Position numbers and translations under genes: made by a program. A stretch of DNA of 63,622 nucleotides, filler included, from Hyphochytrium catenoides (lineage: Eukaryota > Protista > Hyphochytriomycota): assembly GCA_900088475.1 (NCBI GenBank). It is 7 parts of 7 records of this genome, joined end to end, with 100 filler letters (N's around TTAATTAATTAA, not from the genome) between each part and the next. Parts side by side here need not be neighbours in the genome. Positions count along the whole stretch, not along the records: positions 26,560 to 37,223 come from FLMG01000065.1; positions 37,324 to 49,077 come from FLMG01000565.1; positions 49,178 to 52,060 come from FLMG01000087.1; 4 more parts are not named here. One strand, 5' to 3'. Position 1 is the first letter of the stretch, and every line of letters begins with the position of its first letter. Below the pieces are notes generated by a model that ran no database searches, was not told the DNA's origin, and saw only the letters and a list, made by a program, of their open reading frames with translations. Shown piece after piece: positions 36,690 to 49,463 of the stretch.

Positions 36690-38714
36690 GGTGGATTGCT
36701 TTCGTTCTTCTGTTTGCAAGGCTGATATAGTTGACGACGATGATGAAGTTATTGAGAAAAGACCGTCGTAGTCCTGATTAACTGATGAATGGTGAATCCT
36801 CCAGGAAATTGATGAGTGATCGGTTCTCTTGACGAGATGGAGAAGGAACCTGTGGTTGGTTTCGGCAGGCCACACGACACTCACTACCCCACCCAAGGGC
36901 AAAGATTGGTCTCGGACTGATGCAGAAATGATGCTGAGCACGTCCGTTCTGCAGTCATCTACAAATGGTGCATTTGTGTGGCGCACAGTCGCTTGCCACA
37001 GAGGACAAGGAACGAGGGAAACGAAGGAGGTTCCACGTAGTAGACAAGGTTCCGGCCAGTCCTCTAGCTAGTGGCAGCTTGTTTTTCTTTGTAAGAAGTA
37101 CAACTATCCCGAAAAGACTGCGACAGTAGATATAAAAGGAAGGAATACTTTTATCTGTTTTTTATTTATATCTATGGATAATGTCTCCTGGTAGCGGTCG
37201 TTCTATCTTTTTATTTATATTCCNNNNNNNNNNNNNNNNNNNNNNNNNNNNNNNNNNNNNNNNNNNNTTAATTAATTAANNNNNNNNNNNNNNNNNNNNN
37301 NNNNNNNNNNNNNNNNNNNNNNNGGAAGGACGGACGGTCGGCCTCTACTATTATCCTCCTTCTCAGTCGTTGATTGCATGCCTTCCCCACCATCCTCGTC
37401 TCTAATCTGCGGGGCCTCTTGGACAAGCGTAAAGATTGTGTGCAAGTACTGCGGGGCAGAAGCGGGAAATGCGACAATTTAGGAAGAAGGCGGTACAGAA
37501 GTAACCAAAATCCCCCCACTCTTTCATCTCTCGGCGACAATTTTCAGGCAATGGATGAATACAGCTCTAGGGTAAAGTTGGGAATCTGGGCCTCTAGGAA
37601 TATTAACTAAGGCTTATGGGGTTTTGGATGAGAATAACTCAGAAGGATGGTGTTCGTCTTTGGGACGTCCAGAGGTCCGAGAACTCCATAGATAATATTC
37701 CTACGGTAGGAGGCCAGATTCGCAACTTTTCCCTAAAGGAACTAATTCTTTAGGTAACTCTTCGCCCTTACTATAAACAGCATTAATCTAACAACCACCG
37801 TGGCTTCGCTGCTCTTAGTCTGGGGCGGTGCCACTGCTGCTGGAGGTGTCGTCAACCTTGTTCTTCTCTCAACAAGCTCCGGAGGATGTGTGGGTGTCCT
37901 TCATCAGGAATAGCCTATTCAAAACATAAAGCAGCACCCTTCTCAAAGATGTGCTCAGGTTTTGGTGAACCATCACTACTTTACACCGCTTGTTCAAGGT
38001 TTCCTGGTTGGCCTGGCCGCTTCTGCGTCCGGTCGCCCTTCCTTTGCTGATAATCCAGAAACAACGGGCATTACAAGAAAAAACGACTCCCGTACAGTGC
38101 AAGGCCCACCTACGGCCTCACCGTTCCAGGAGCTAAAATAAGAAGACTCTAGTCCCTACTATTGCACTGTAGCCAGTTTTTGAACGAGAAGTTTCGTTTT
38201 TCACCGAAAATAGACGAAGCCTAGTACGATCTTTGGTAGTTGGTACCTTATGACTGAAAGCTATTTTTGGATCCCACGAAAGCAATCGTAAGACGTCGAT
38301 ATTACCCGCTACGACCGAAAGAAGTCATATAGAAGCCTTTTCTCATCACAATTGTGGCTCACCATACAAATGTTAGGACTGGGACGACTTCATCGGTAAC
38401 CCACTGAACTGAACGACCTGTTGACGCTGCGCTGGGATTGTTCCGTCCTTCTTCAGTCTCTGAGCCTGCTGAGGAGCTCATCAGGGCGCCGCACCATGGA
38501 CTGGTGAGCCGTCGTGATTGACCTTATCAGCAGCTCTTGATCTACATGCCTACAGGAGGGACAGCGGTGCGTGGGCCCTAGGAACGCAGCCATCTCTATC
38601 TTCTTGTTTGTCAGCTCTTCTTCTTTCTTGCTCAAAAGCGTCAAGCTTACCAAGCAAGACGTTTGCTCCAGCGGATGGTCGTCTCCAGGTCGACGACCGA
38701 GGAGGGCGCATCAG

Positions 38715-40805
38715 ATGCACTCGTCCTCCTCCTCAACGGCGGCTCAAGCAACAAATGATGATGAGGGCAGCCCATTGCCGGTCTCGAGTGTCCGTCGTGC
38801 CTCGCCGTCGGCGTCTGCTTCCGGACAGCCGCTTAGCGGTGCCGAGAGCGTTGAGCCTTGTTGGATTATTGCTCCTCATTATGATGGGAGAGAAACGGAG
38901 ATGGAACCACAGGGAATGGTGGTGGTAGACTTCAATGACTCCTTAGCACGGCGAATGTTTGGCCAAAAGGCACATCATCAGTACTTCCGGAGTCTAGGAC
39001 GATACCGCGTCCTCATCAAGCTTACCGGCCTCCTGTACAGCGTTGGGATTTGCGCTGCAGGGGTGGTTCCCATCATAGATGAAGCACATGGTGGTTACCT
39101 CTCTATATTTGCCTTGTTTGCCGTCATGCCGGGCACTCTCCAGCTCTTTCTGAGTACGAATACGGGGTTATTTCAGACGGTTCTCAAAAGCTCTCAATTC
39201 TGGAGTTTCGTGATCTCAAGCTTGATACTCTGGGCCACAGCCGGCCTCTTACTGGGCCGCACGCGCAGCATCTTCATCCTTGGCTTCGGGTTGCTAGGTA
39301 CCACGACTGGTGGGCTTGCTGATGCCGTTCACTATCGGTTCAGATCGAGCCAAAGCTCATTCTGGACGTTCCTGACCTGGGTTCTCTTGTTCTGCTCTAT
39401 GACTATCAGCATTGTCATGAAAGTCTTCCGCGGGGGAACCACGCTTCGGTGGAGGATCGGATCCAGAGAGCTTACTGGGGAGGACATCCTAGTCAATGCA
39501 GCTGCTACCGTTCTAGTTTGCCTGATCCCTCACATCAAGTTGTCCTGGCGGTGGCCGCGCATTATGGGGAAAGGAAAGTCTTTAAAAGCCCACTCAGGCC
39601 AGAAGAGGATACAATGCCCTATCATACAATGGCCATTGAAGCTACAGTTGACAACAGTAGCGTCTCGACCTTCAAAGCCTTGCAACGAGTCCGTCGCCAG
39701 CCCAGCAGGGCTGCCACCATCTGACGGAAAAGCTAGCGATCTTGGCGATTGCGTAGTTCCTTTAGTCATTGAAGTACCCACCAACACTTACCTCCACGCT
39801 GGGCAGACGCTGTTCAATCACCTGCATCATCTGCAGTTCTTTCGTGGGACGAAGTCAAGCCAGGGTGACAACTCTACACTTCCTACCTCCTCTAGTGGCG
39901 GGCATAAGTATTATTCCTGGTGCCGACGATCCTCTTTCCTGCATTGTTCAGCAACGCTTGGCGCTGGGCTCATGACTCTGGTTGCATTCTATCTAGGAAA
40001 GCTGAGCAAGGCATCTGATGTGTATGAGCTCTCTTGGCTATCACCAGCAGTGGCAGTTCTAGGCTTTCTATGGAGCACAGCTGTCTTCGTCTACTTTTTG
40101 ACGAGCTGGTGGAACGCCAGCCTGGTACGATGTATTTTGCGGACGTCCTTTAACTTCTGGTTCTTGGTTGGTCAGACACTGTCCTTACTTTGGTCACTGT
40201 CAGACGCTTTCTCGTATGATGAGCGCTCTCTAGCACTCTTGGGGTGGTGTCTTCTCTATGTCTCCTGCCTCCTTAGTGACGCGATCTTGCCTGCTCCATC
40301 GTCGGCTGGGGATACTACTCCAGGGCTGACCAAGCGCTTTCTAGGATTGGGCTTATTGCTGCCGTTGCTCGTAACACAAGGTTGGTTTCTTTATGACATT
40401 GTCTTTGCTGACGGCCTTCGGCATCTACGGATTCGCCGTGTTCTCCAAGTTAGCAAGCATTTCGAGGAAGGATCCCTAACTCCCGAGCAGCACATCGCAG
40501 CCATCCTGAACTTTAGCACAGATAGCTTTATCATCGCCAGGCAGACCACACTGATCTTCTTCTCCTTGCCGTACTTATACCATCTAGCAGTTCGCTGTGG
40601 CGGATGGAACTGGCGGCGGATGGCAGCGATCCATCCCTCGTCATCAGAACACAATGACCAGCTTTCTCATGTCAAGGTGCTTGCAAGCAGCCGTGACGAG
40701 CACTATTTATACTTTATAACTGGCTCAGTGTCCTACTGTGCACCCAGAAGGCAGACAACAACCAAGAAACCTAGAGTCCAATCAGTTGATCATCGATCTA
40801 CCTGA
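38715..40805 (+). CDS. Uncharacterised polytopic membrane protein made of two homologous halves, single exon
   Basis: Long open frame (38571-40805, first ATG 38715) with two hydrophobic clusters. Halves align: LFQTVLKSSQFWSFV..RTRS..ADAV versus LVRCILRTSFNFWFLV..DERS..SDAI. Confidence 0.85.
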   Translation: MHSSSSSTAAQATNDDEGSPLPVSSVRRASPSASASGQPLSGAESVEPCWIIAPHYDGRETEMEPQGMVVVDFNDSLARRMFGQKAHHQYFRSLGRYRVLIKLTGLLYSVGICAAGVVPIIDEAHGGYLSIFALFAVMPGTLQLFLSTNTGLFQTVLKSSQFWSFVISSLILWATAGLLLGRTRSIFILGFGLLGTTTGGLADAVHYRFRSSQSSFWTFLTWVLLFCSMTISIVMKVFRGGTTLRWRIGSRELTGEDILVNAAATVLVCLIPHIKLSWRWPRIMGKGKSLKAHSGQKRIQCPIIQWPLKLQLTTVASRPSKPCNESVASPAGLPPSDGKASDLGDCVVPLVIEVPTNTYLHAGQTLFNHLHHLQFFRGTKSSQGDNSTLPTSSSGGHKYYSWCRRSSFLHCSATLGAGLMTLVAFYLGKLSKASDVYELSWLSPAVAVLGFLWSTAVFVYFLTSWWNASLVRCILRTSFNFWFLVGQTLSLLWSLSDAFSYDERSLALLGWCLLYVSCLLSDAILPAPSSAGDTTPGLTKRFLGLGLLLPLLVTQGWFLYDIVFADGLRHLRIRRVLQVSKHFEEGSLTPEQHIAAILNFSTDSFIIARQTTLIFFSLPYLYHLAVRCGGWNWRRMAAIHPSSSEHNDQLSHVKVLASSRDEHYLYFITGSVSYCAPRRQTTTKKPRVQSVDHRST

Positions 40806-43624
40806 CTTTCTGTGCACTCCACCTCGATCTGCGAGACTTTGTCTTATATACGCAGAAGTAAAGATATGGCATCCCACAGACGGCAGTGCCTGGCGGTGGC
40901 ATGGGGTCATCATTATCATCATCATCATGTACGGACGAGGAAAACAAGTAGTTCTTTCTGCTTTCTTGGATTGCGTAAGAAAGCTTTCCAGCTCGTTCAC
41001 ATCGACAGAGCCGTGTCCATGGCAGGAAGAAAGAAAGAAACGCGATGTTCGCTCTACCTTATCTGCACAGGACGCCCGGGGTCTCTTTTCAACCACATTC
41101 TAGTTCAAACCGCGGATAGCTGCAAGAGGTACGTCTGAGGACTGGGCAAGCTCGTTCAACTGAGTCGGCCACTTAATCGCTCCTTCTACTGGCCCGTCCT
41201 CTCTCCCTTTGTAGGGACGTTAGGTCTTTTTGCCTGTGTCCATACACCTCCACTCATCTACGGCATAGACGCTGAGACTTATCCTTGAGAAGGAGACACT
41301 GAGAGGGCTTCTCCCTTTCTCGTAGTGGCCCAAATCTATCGGATAGCTTGCCCCGAGCAGCGGAGAAGTAGGTAGAGAGTCTGCTCCTAGGTTAGGGACG
41401 CTTTAGTCAGCTTCCAGCGGCGGAGGAGGGCAGTCGTGCAGTTGTTCGAGGCACTTCAAATAAAAGAGCAATAGACAGCTCCGCTGAGTGGACTTTCTGC
41501 GCATCCTTCTCTATTTGAAGCTGAGAGTCACCGTTTCTAGATTGTAAGGGGAACTTGACCTACGAGAAGCTGAGAAGGTTACTAAGAAGGGAGGAGGGTA
41601 ATGTAAGAGACCACGGACGGATCTGGGAGGAAGAGGGAGAAGGTGCTCTGTCTGTAGCTTGGTTATTGGCTGGCCTCAGTTCAGAGAAGCACCAAGCAGA
41701 GCAAGATTCGCGGGAACACGGGCAAGTAACAAAGTGTCTTCTACTTCAGAAAGACGTTTATCAACTGTCATACAGAGGAGGTGAGATAAGAGTCTCCGTC
41801 ACGAGGGAGTCCGTCCACCGGAGAATGCAAAGATAGGAGTAGTAACATGCAAGAGAGGTTGGGCCAACAGGCTATTTTCCTAAGAACATGCCAACAAGAG
41901 GAAGAGAACAGGAAGGAAAAGAAAGAGAGCATCCGTCGTCAGAGCCATTCGTTGACTCTTCGAGTGAGGACTACTCGTCCTGAGAATAATCTCAAAGTTC
42001 AGAGGCCGTATTCATCATACACCGGCCGATCCTCAGCCAGCGCATCAATTGGTAGATCAGTAGTTGAGGAAGTGCACGTATAACTTTAGGCTTCTTCTAT
42101 TATCCCATACCCTGACAGCCCTCCCGTGAATCTTCTGAGGTGAGAATTAGAGCGGTGTCAGCGATGTTAGCTGATAGACATACTGCTGAGCATGCTACTC
42201 TTAGAAGCAACGGAGGTGGAGATCTGCGTGGGGAAGTGTTCTCATGAATAGGAAGGTGGGAGGCTAAAGGATCATCATGATGTGAACTTAGCCAACGCTA
42301 ACGATGAGGAAGGTCCGAAGATTGATGCGCCCAAGGTCCATCTATTATCCTTGGTCGAACTCTCATCTTCTCTTCTTTCAACAGGCAATGTAGACAACTT
42401 CATGCTCCACTGTAGGCGGTCTCATTGTTAGCCATACAATCAGCCAAGCTAACAAGGCAGTCAGTCCTGATGAAGAAAAGGCTTGAACGGGTTGTTGTCA
42501 AAGAAGCAGGTAACGATGATTGGCAGGCTCTCTTCTTGTTCTCCTAGTAAGGCTCATCATCACGCCAGTCGTTTCTCCTCTCTCTACATGCGCTACCAAC
42601 TCATCCGGCGAACACTAGAGCTTGATGCGTGGCAGAGCGTCACAACTGTGGAATGGAGCTGACAAGCGCAACGCGGGCAGGTTGGATGAATGACAGCATT
42701 CGAGGAGGGAGGTTCAAAAGCTTATGATGCAGTCGTCGTACTTTACTTCCACAGATTGTGGTGGCAGCCTCAGCTCTCATCGCTAATATACTTTGTTCGT
42801 ATCTCTCTCAAACGATGAAGACTGATGATCGGGAGCGACGGAAGAAGGAGGAGAAGAGCGAGCAGTGATCGGGCCTCGTCAGTATCGCTTTCTCCTCTCA
42901 CTTCGTTGTACCATCATCAGGATAGGCTTGTGATAGCAATCTATAGATCTGAGTTGCTGGCTCCAAGAGAGATGATGACACTTAGCTCTCCTTTCTATAC
43001 GGGAGATCAGGGAAGCGGAAGCGCAGTGGTGGCAGTTCGGCGGGTACAAGGATCACATCTTCATCGTGGTCCTTGAAGCAGAGGAGCTCAACGGACAACA
43101 GACAGAGCAAATATCAGCAGCAGCGCAGTGGGACAGCCTGAGACGAAGAAGGAAAGAGAGTGCTCAGCTGCGCAGAAGTAAACTACAGGCAAATGACGGA
43201 AGAGAAGAGCTTCCTATAACCAAACGGCAGCTAGGAGCTCTCCTGAGATGCGATGGACAACTTGAAGAGAGAAATCTTCGAAGCTACCGGTCGAGCTATC
43301 CGCCGACCTGGAGAAGTGAGCAGGGGCTGTTGCTTGAGATCATCGCGGAGATGAAGCAGCTAGCTCTGATTGACTGGGCAAGTTTGGATGAATGAAGAAG
43401 ATGGATGGAGGAGGAGCGCGATGATAATATCCATGATGGTGCCGTTCGTTCAGAGCAATGCTGGTGAAGAGAAGAAGCGCCGCATGCAGCAGAGTGACGT
43501 TCCCTTTCTTCTGTCGTCAGATGGCATCCAAACTAGAAGATGAGGTTAGGATATCAGAGAACCTACAGAGGCTCTTCTAATCAATCGCTCTTCAGCTCTA
43601 GATTTCCTATTATCTCGCACTAAG

Positions 43625-43672
<48 letters not shown>

Positions 43673-44653
43673 TGAGAGAGAAAAGCGAAGTGAGAGAGAA
43701 AAGAGAGAGACAGAGAGACAGAGAGGCAGAGCGACAAATACCGAGAGAGACAGAGGGAAAGAGAGACACAGAGAGAGAGAGACAGAGAGAGAGAGACAGA
43801 GAGAGAGAGACAGACAGAGAGAGAGAAGGAAAGCAGCCAGCCATAGAGATCTAGGAACTATGAGTGTGAATGAAGATGCGTGACGGCTCTAGAAGAGGGA
43901 GATTTTTGTGGGATTGAGAATACAAATTGCTTCTATTCTGAATTAAGTGAAATTAAATGATAGAAACGCATTTTATTCTTAATAGGAATAGAAAGCTTTG
44001 GACCTACAGCTTGGGTGATGTTTTCAGTTGTAGTACGTGATTCTGTATCTGTCATGCCTGACAAAGAAATATACCTCTTATGACCTAGCTTATTTTGTAT
44101 CAGAATGCCTCGTGACTCATCACAAGGAAAGGATAAAGAGTTATACAGACAGACAGGGAGAGAGACACAAAGAAAACAAGCAAGAGAGATGAAAAATAAA
44201 GAGACAGAGAAATGAAGAGATGGCAACAGCTGCACAGCAAAGTTTGCAAGGGCAAAAGAAGGAGAGACAGGCGTTATTATTAGGCAGAAAGGCAAGAGAC
44301 AGGACAGCAAAAGGATGCGAAACTCAACTCATCTCTCTTCTTCTCTCTCTCTCTCTCTCTTTCTCTCTTTCTCTCTCTCTCTCCCTCTTTCTCTCTCTTC
44401 TGTCTCTCTCCTCCCTCTTCTCCCTCTCGGTCCTCTGTCTCTCTCTTTCTCCCTCTTCTCCCTCTGGGTCCTCTGTCTCTCTTACGCCCTTCTTTATCTG
44501 TCTCGCCCTGTTTCTCTGTTTCTCTATTCTTGTCTCCTCTTCTTGACGTCTGAAACCTTCCTCAAGTTTCTTTTACATAGCCAGCTCTCTCTCTCCTTTC
44601 CATTATTGTCAGTGCCGCATCATCGTCATCTGTCCCAGTCTCAAGTGTATATA

Positions 44654-44690
<37 letters not shown>

Positions 44691-44865
44691 TGCTGAGAGA
44701 GCTGTCAGTACGAGGTGGCCAAGTGCTTGCGATAGAAACATTTGAAAACGCACGAGCGGCGGGGCTCTGGACTCGTTCAGTCATTGAAGCGTCAAGGCAA
44801 GAGGCAGTTCTTTCTCTTTATCTCTCCTTCGAAGCCTGTGGAGCCGTCGACAGACCCAACAGGAA

Positions 44866-44896
<31 letters not shown>

Positions 44897-44906
44897 CTCG
44901 TGGGCA

Positions 44907-45742
44907 ATGACAATGAGCCAGGCAGAGACGGAGAAACATTCTGAAGGAAGACGAAAGAGTAGACGCACTTCGTACTCCGTCGACTCTTCCTCTTCAGAAT
45001 CTGAAGATGAAGAGTTCAACGCCATAGAAACGCGCCTGAAAAAAAGCAGAGAAGTCTCCAGACAATTGCTTCTTCTCTCTCCCAAGCTCACTCAAAAGCA
45101 GAGACAAGGGAAACAGCAGCAGGAGGAAGAACTGATAGAGAAAGAGCAAAAGAAAGAGAGAGAGAAGCACACTGCCAGGCGTACTGCCGGGCAAAGAATA
45201 GAAGAAGAGAGAGAGAAAAGGATTATGGCGTTTCTCTCTCCTCGGAGTTTCCCTACCGTCGATAGCGGAAGCGAGAGTGAGGACGAGGAAGAAGAAGAGA
45301 GAGACGGTGTTACTCCTCTCTCCTATCTCACTGAAAGAGAAAGCGACAACCAGACGGGAGAAGCTCAACAGAAGGCGGAGCTCGAAGAAATGGAGGAGCT
45401 CGCTATCTTCAGGAAGCTCCGTCTGATCTCTAAAAAGTATGTGGGTCCGGAAGAAGATGCAGACGCAGAGACAGAGATCATTGCGGATGAAGACTCTCTC
45501 TACGGCCCCAGAGGCGCCGCAGAGCCTTATAGAACGCGGCGGCAGGGGAAGAAACATCCAGCGCCGNNNNNNNNNNNNNNNNNNNNNNNNNNNNNTAGAG
45601 GAGAGAGCGGAGATGCGGGCACACCTGGAGAGGGAGAGGGCGTCTCTCCACCGCGGCAACACACAGAGGTCAAGACGGGGCTATCTCTGCAGATAGGAAT
45701 GAGGGCCTTGACAGAGGAGAATACGCAGAGTAGGCCAACAGG

Positions 45743-45774
<32 letters not shown>

Positions 45775-45836
45775 CATCACCAGCTGCTGTTCATGCCTCT
45801 CTTTTCCTCCCTTCTTACTGCCAATTCATCACGTAG
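44907..45836 (+). CDS. Hypothetical highly charged (Glu/Arg/Ser-rich) protein, spans an N gap
   Basis: About 310-codon frame from ATG 44907 with non-microsatellite codon content and two SESEDEE acidic patches. No domain recognised. Confidence 0.5.
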
Positions 45837-46067
45837 ATAAAAAAGAACCACGCACACCACCATCTTCCCACCTTTGTATCTCTGGCTCAGCACCTTCAAA
45901 CATCTAGCAGCCTTTCTCTTCTCTCTCTCTCAGACGCTGTCTCTTTCCTTATCTCCTTATTGTGACCGAAGGAAGTTTCCGGTCCAACCTTTTCTTCATT
46001 GAGAAACCTCCTTTCTCCATTCTGTCGCATCCTCCCCTTGGACCATAGTGGGTGCCCAAACCACCTT

Positions 46068-46114
<47 letters not shown>

Positions 46115-46130
46115 TCCCTTTTCTTTTGTT

Positions 46131-46606
46131 CTACTCCACAACGAGTCGTTTCTTCCCTCCCCAGGGAGAGAGCTTGGGATAAGTTATCTGTAGGATGGCG
46201 CCTAGCACCGCCACAGCCAGCAGCCCACCCACCAGCTCACTCACAGGCCGCAGCAGCTCTGCCAGCCGGACCATCTTCTCCGTCATCAGAGGAGAGAGAA
46301 CCTGCGCTTGAGAAAGATGCCGGTCACAATAGACCCAGAACCTTAGGAGAGAGGGAGAGAGAGAAAGAAGGCCGTAGAGAAAGAGAAGAAGCTGCGCCGT
46401 GGTGGCGATGTGACTCCATGACGAGGCATGAAGGCATTGACGGCAGAGAAGAGACGCTTGCCGGCGGACGGAGCGCTTGGTGGAAGCGCGAGAGATCTGG
46501 GGACAGAGGCCGTCTGCATGTTGGCTCCAGGGTCGGAGACACTTCCAGCAGAACTGGAGAGATGGGGAGAGAGCGAGAGAGCGAGAGAGAGCGAGAGCGA
46601 GAGAGC

Positions 46607-46640
<34 letters not shown>

Positions 46641-48681
46641 GAGACAGAGAGAGAGAGAGGATCGGGTGTCACGGTGAATAAGAGAGAGAGAGAGGGAGAA
46701 GATAGAGTTAGGGAGGTAAGGAGAGAAGGGACACGGGGTCAGAGAGGAAGAGAACCGCAGGGGAAGGAAGAAGGACACACTGAGAGGAAAAGCCGAAGAG
46801 AAGGAGAGAATGAGACAGGAAAAGAGAACAGGAGATGACGGTAAGACAAATAAAAAGAGTCGATGACAGAGACGGGAGCACGAGCAAAGAGAGCTGCTCG
46901 AGATAGATAGATGGTTAGAGGGATAGAGGGATAGAGAGATAGAGAGAGATAAAGAGAGAGAGCGATAGAGAGAGAGAGAGCGATAGAGAGAGAGAGAGCG
47001 ATAGAGAGAGAGAGCGCGATATATATATATATATAGATAGATAGATAGAGAGAGAGAGAGGAAGGAAGGAGATAGAAAGAAGGAGGAAGTGACGGACTTG
47101 GTACTGGCAATGTGTGCACGTCATGTGCTTGCATCCTCCCTGCTTCTGTATAGGCGCATTGCACTGTGGACACGTCTTCGCATGAAAGATGATCCTGTAG
47201 AGAAAAGGAGAGAGAGAGGCGAGAAATTGACATAAGAGAGAGAACAGCCGAACCGAGAGAGAGAGAGAGCACATCGGTGAAAGTAGTGTGGGTGGCCGCG
47301 CCAGCGAGTAGAAGGAAAAAGGAGGGAAGAGAGAAGAAGCGAGAGGAGCGTTAGAACGTAAACGAAGAAACAAGGAGAGACACACAACAAAACGTCAATC
47401 CAGAAGAAAAGAAGGGCGAAAGAGAAGATGAAAGCGGTCCAATCAAGCCTCCAGCCGAAAGTGGCTGCTGCTATTGAGAGGCGCGGGCGCGCAGGACAAA
47501 AAAGAGCGCAGACGAAATGAGCTTATGACACTGATAGTGCAGAGAAACCTCTTTCTTCTCTCTCTCTCACAGAAACGGACGCCCACGGTTTCTCTCTCTC
47601 TTTCTCTCTCACCATCTGCGCGATCTGTAGTCTCCTTCCTGTCGGCGCCGGGGAACCACATCCCAAGAGTATCCGCAGTCAGGGCATGTGACCGGAGGAG
47701 GCTTGAGAAACATAGAGGCTGACAATCTGTGGGACAGAGAAAGAAAGGGAGAGACTCGTTAAAGAGAGCACGAGCATGGGACATCCCCCCAACCCTGGAC
47801 AGAGAGATAAGAAGAGAGAGAGAGAAAGAAAGAGAGAGAGAGAGAGAAGAGAGTGATAGATAGTATCATTGAAGAGAGAACCGGACCGCCAGAGAGAGAA
47901 AAGGAGGGAGGAGGACTTTATATACCAATTACTCTCTCTCCCTCTCCCTCCCTTTCTCTCACGCGTCGCTTCTCTCTCTTCCTCCTCTCTTTCTCTCTCT
48001 CTCTCTCTCTCCATCTCTCTCTTACATGTTCGGTATCTGCAGCAGTATTGGGAAGGCTGCCATCACCCCGACAAGGACTACACCGAGGAGGTTGGTGCTG
48101 AAGCCCCAGATCAGGGCCAGCAGAACGAGAGTCAGGAGAAAGATTCGATGTAAGGCCGTCATTAAACCGTCAGCCAACTCGTAGAAAGACACGCCACATG
48201 CCTGCATGATGATGAGAGGTTGAGGAAAGGAGCAATCGTGAGCCGAGAGAAGAAAAGATGTGTGTACGTGTGCGTGAGAAAGAGAGAGAGAGAGAGAGAG
48301 ACGGAGAGAGAGAGAGAGAGTAGAGGGATAAAACAAAACATAGAGTTAGATGGAGAGAGAGAGAGGAGAGGAACCAAGGGGCCGGAAGAGTGAGAGGAAG
48401 ATAAAGGATTATAGCGCGAGCGAGAGAGAGAGGGAGACGGGAGGAAAAGCAGAGGGAAGGCGACTAATACAAATGAAGGAACTTAATCCAGTGGTAAGAG
48501 AGCACTAGCGAGAGAGAGAGAGAGAGGGCAAAAAAGGAAAGAAAGAAAGAAGAGAAAGAGAGAGAGAGATAAGAGGAAAGTTCGGAGAGACAGCACCTCT
48601 ATAGCAAACGGAACAGCAGATGAGGTCCAATGAAAGCAGAGAGCGCAAAAGGAGTAAACTTAAGGCGTAGAAAAGCCTGGC

Positions 48682-48715
<34 letters not shown>

Positions 48716-48965
48716 CTCTTTTCCTCCTCTTTCTCTGCCTCACCTGTTTGGAGAAGAATCCTCCTGAAGGACACTTGGGGCACTGGAAGAAGTCTTCCAT
48801 CTCTCTCAGCGCCGCCTTCAGCTTCAGCTCCGCCAGCCGCGCGCTCTGAGAGGGAGAGAGAAGCCCCTGCACCAGATCCGAAGGGAGATCTGACCCACAG
48901 TCCAGAGGACAGCGGAATTGAACTGTGAAGCTCGCGGAGGAGGAAAGGGAAGAGTCTATCCAGTT
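46131..48965 (-). CDS. RBR (RING-IBR-RING) E3 ubiquitin ligase with hydrophobic segments, 5' partial
   Basis: End of RING1 (FRCPLDCG); IBR fragments FQCPKCPSG and VTCPDCGYSW; RING2 KTCPQCNAPIQKQGGCKHMTCTHCQYQ|FCWKCLRPWSQH with the catalytic Cys retained. Exon phases are consistent; stop TAG 46131. Confidence 0.9.
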
Positions 48966-49463
48966 CTAGGGAGAGAGAGGGACACAGAGAGAGAGAGAGA
49001 GAGAGAACGAGAAGAAAAAGAGACAGGAGAGGGATAGGAAGAGAGGGGGAGGCAGAAAAAAAAAGAGAGAGAGAGAGNNNNNNNNNNNNNNNNNNNNNNN
49101 NNNNNNNNNNNNNNNNNNNNNTTAATTAATTAANNNNNNNNNNNNNNNNNNNNNNNNNNNNNNNNNNNNNNNNNNNNGAGAGAGAGAGAGAGAGAGAGAG
49201 AGAGTTAGAGAGAGAGAGGAAGTGGGATATGATATTGTGCTCTGCGAGTTGCGTTTTCTGAGAGCAAATAAAGTGGTGCACAAGTCTGATAGAAAGACCA
49301 AGAGTAGGACACTTTGCTCTGAGAACAATTGAGAACTGACAAAGGAAACGTAGAAAGTGAAAGAGACAGAGAGAGAAGAGAAGAGAAGAGAGAGACAGAG
49401 AAAGGGGAGAGAGAGAGAGAGCTGTTGGGGAGAAGGAGCCCGGTAGCTGGATAGACTGATCAC

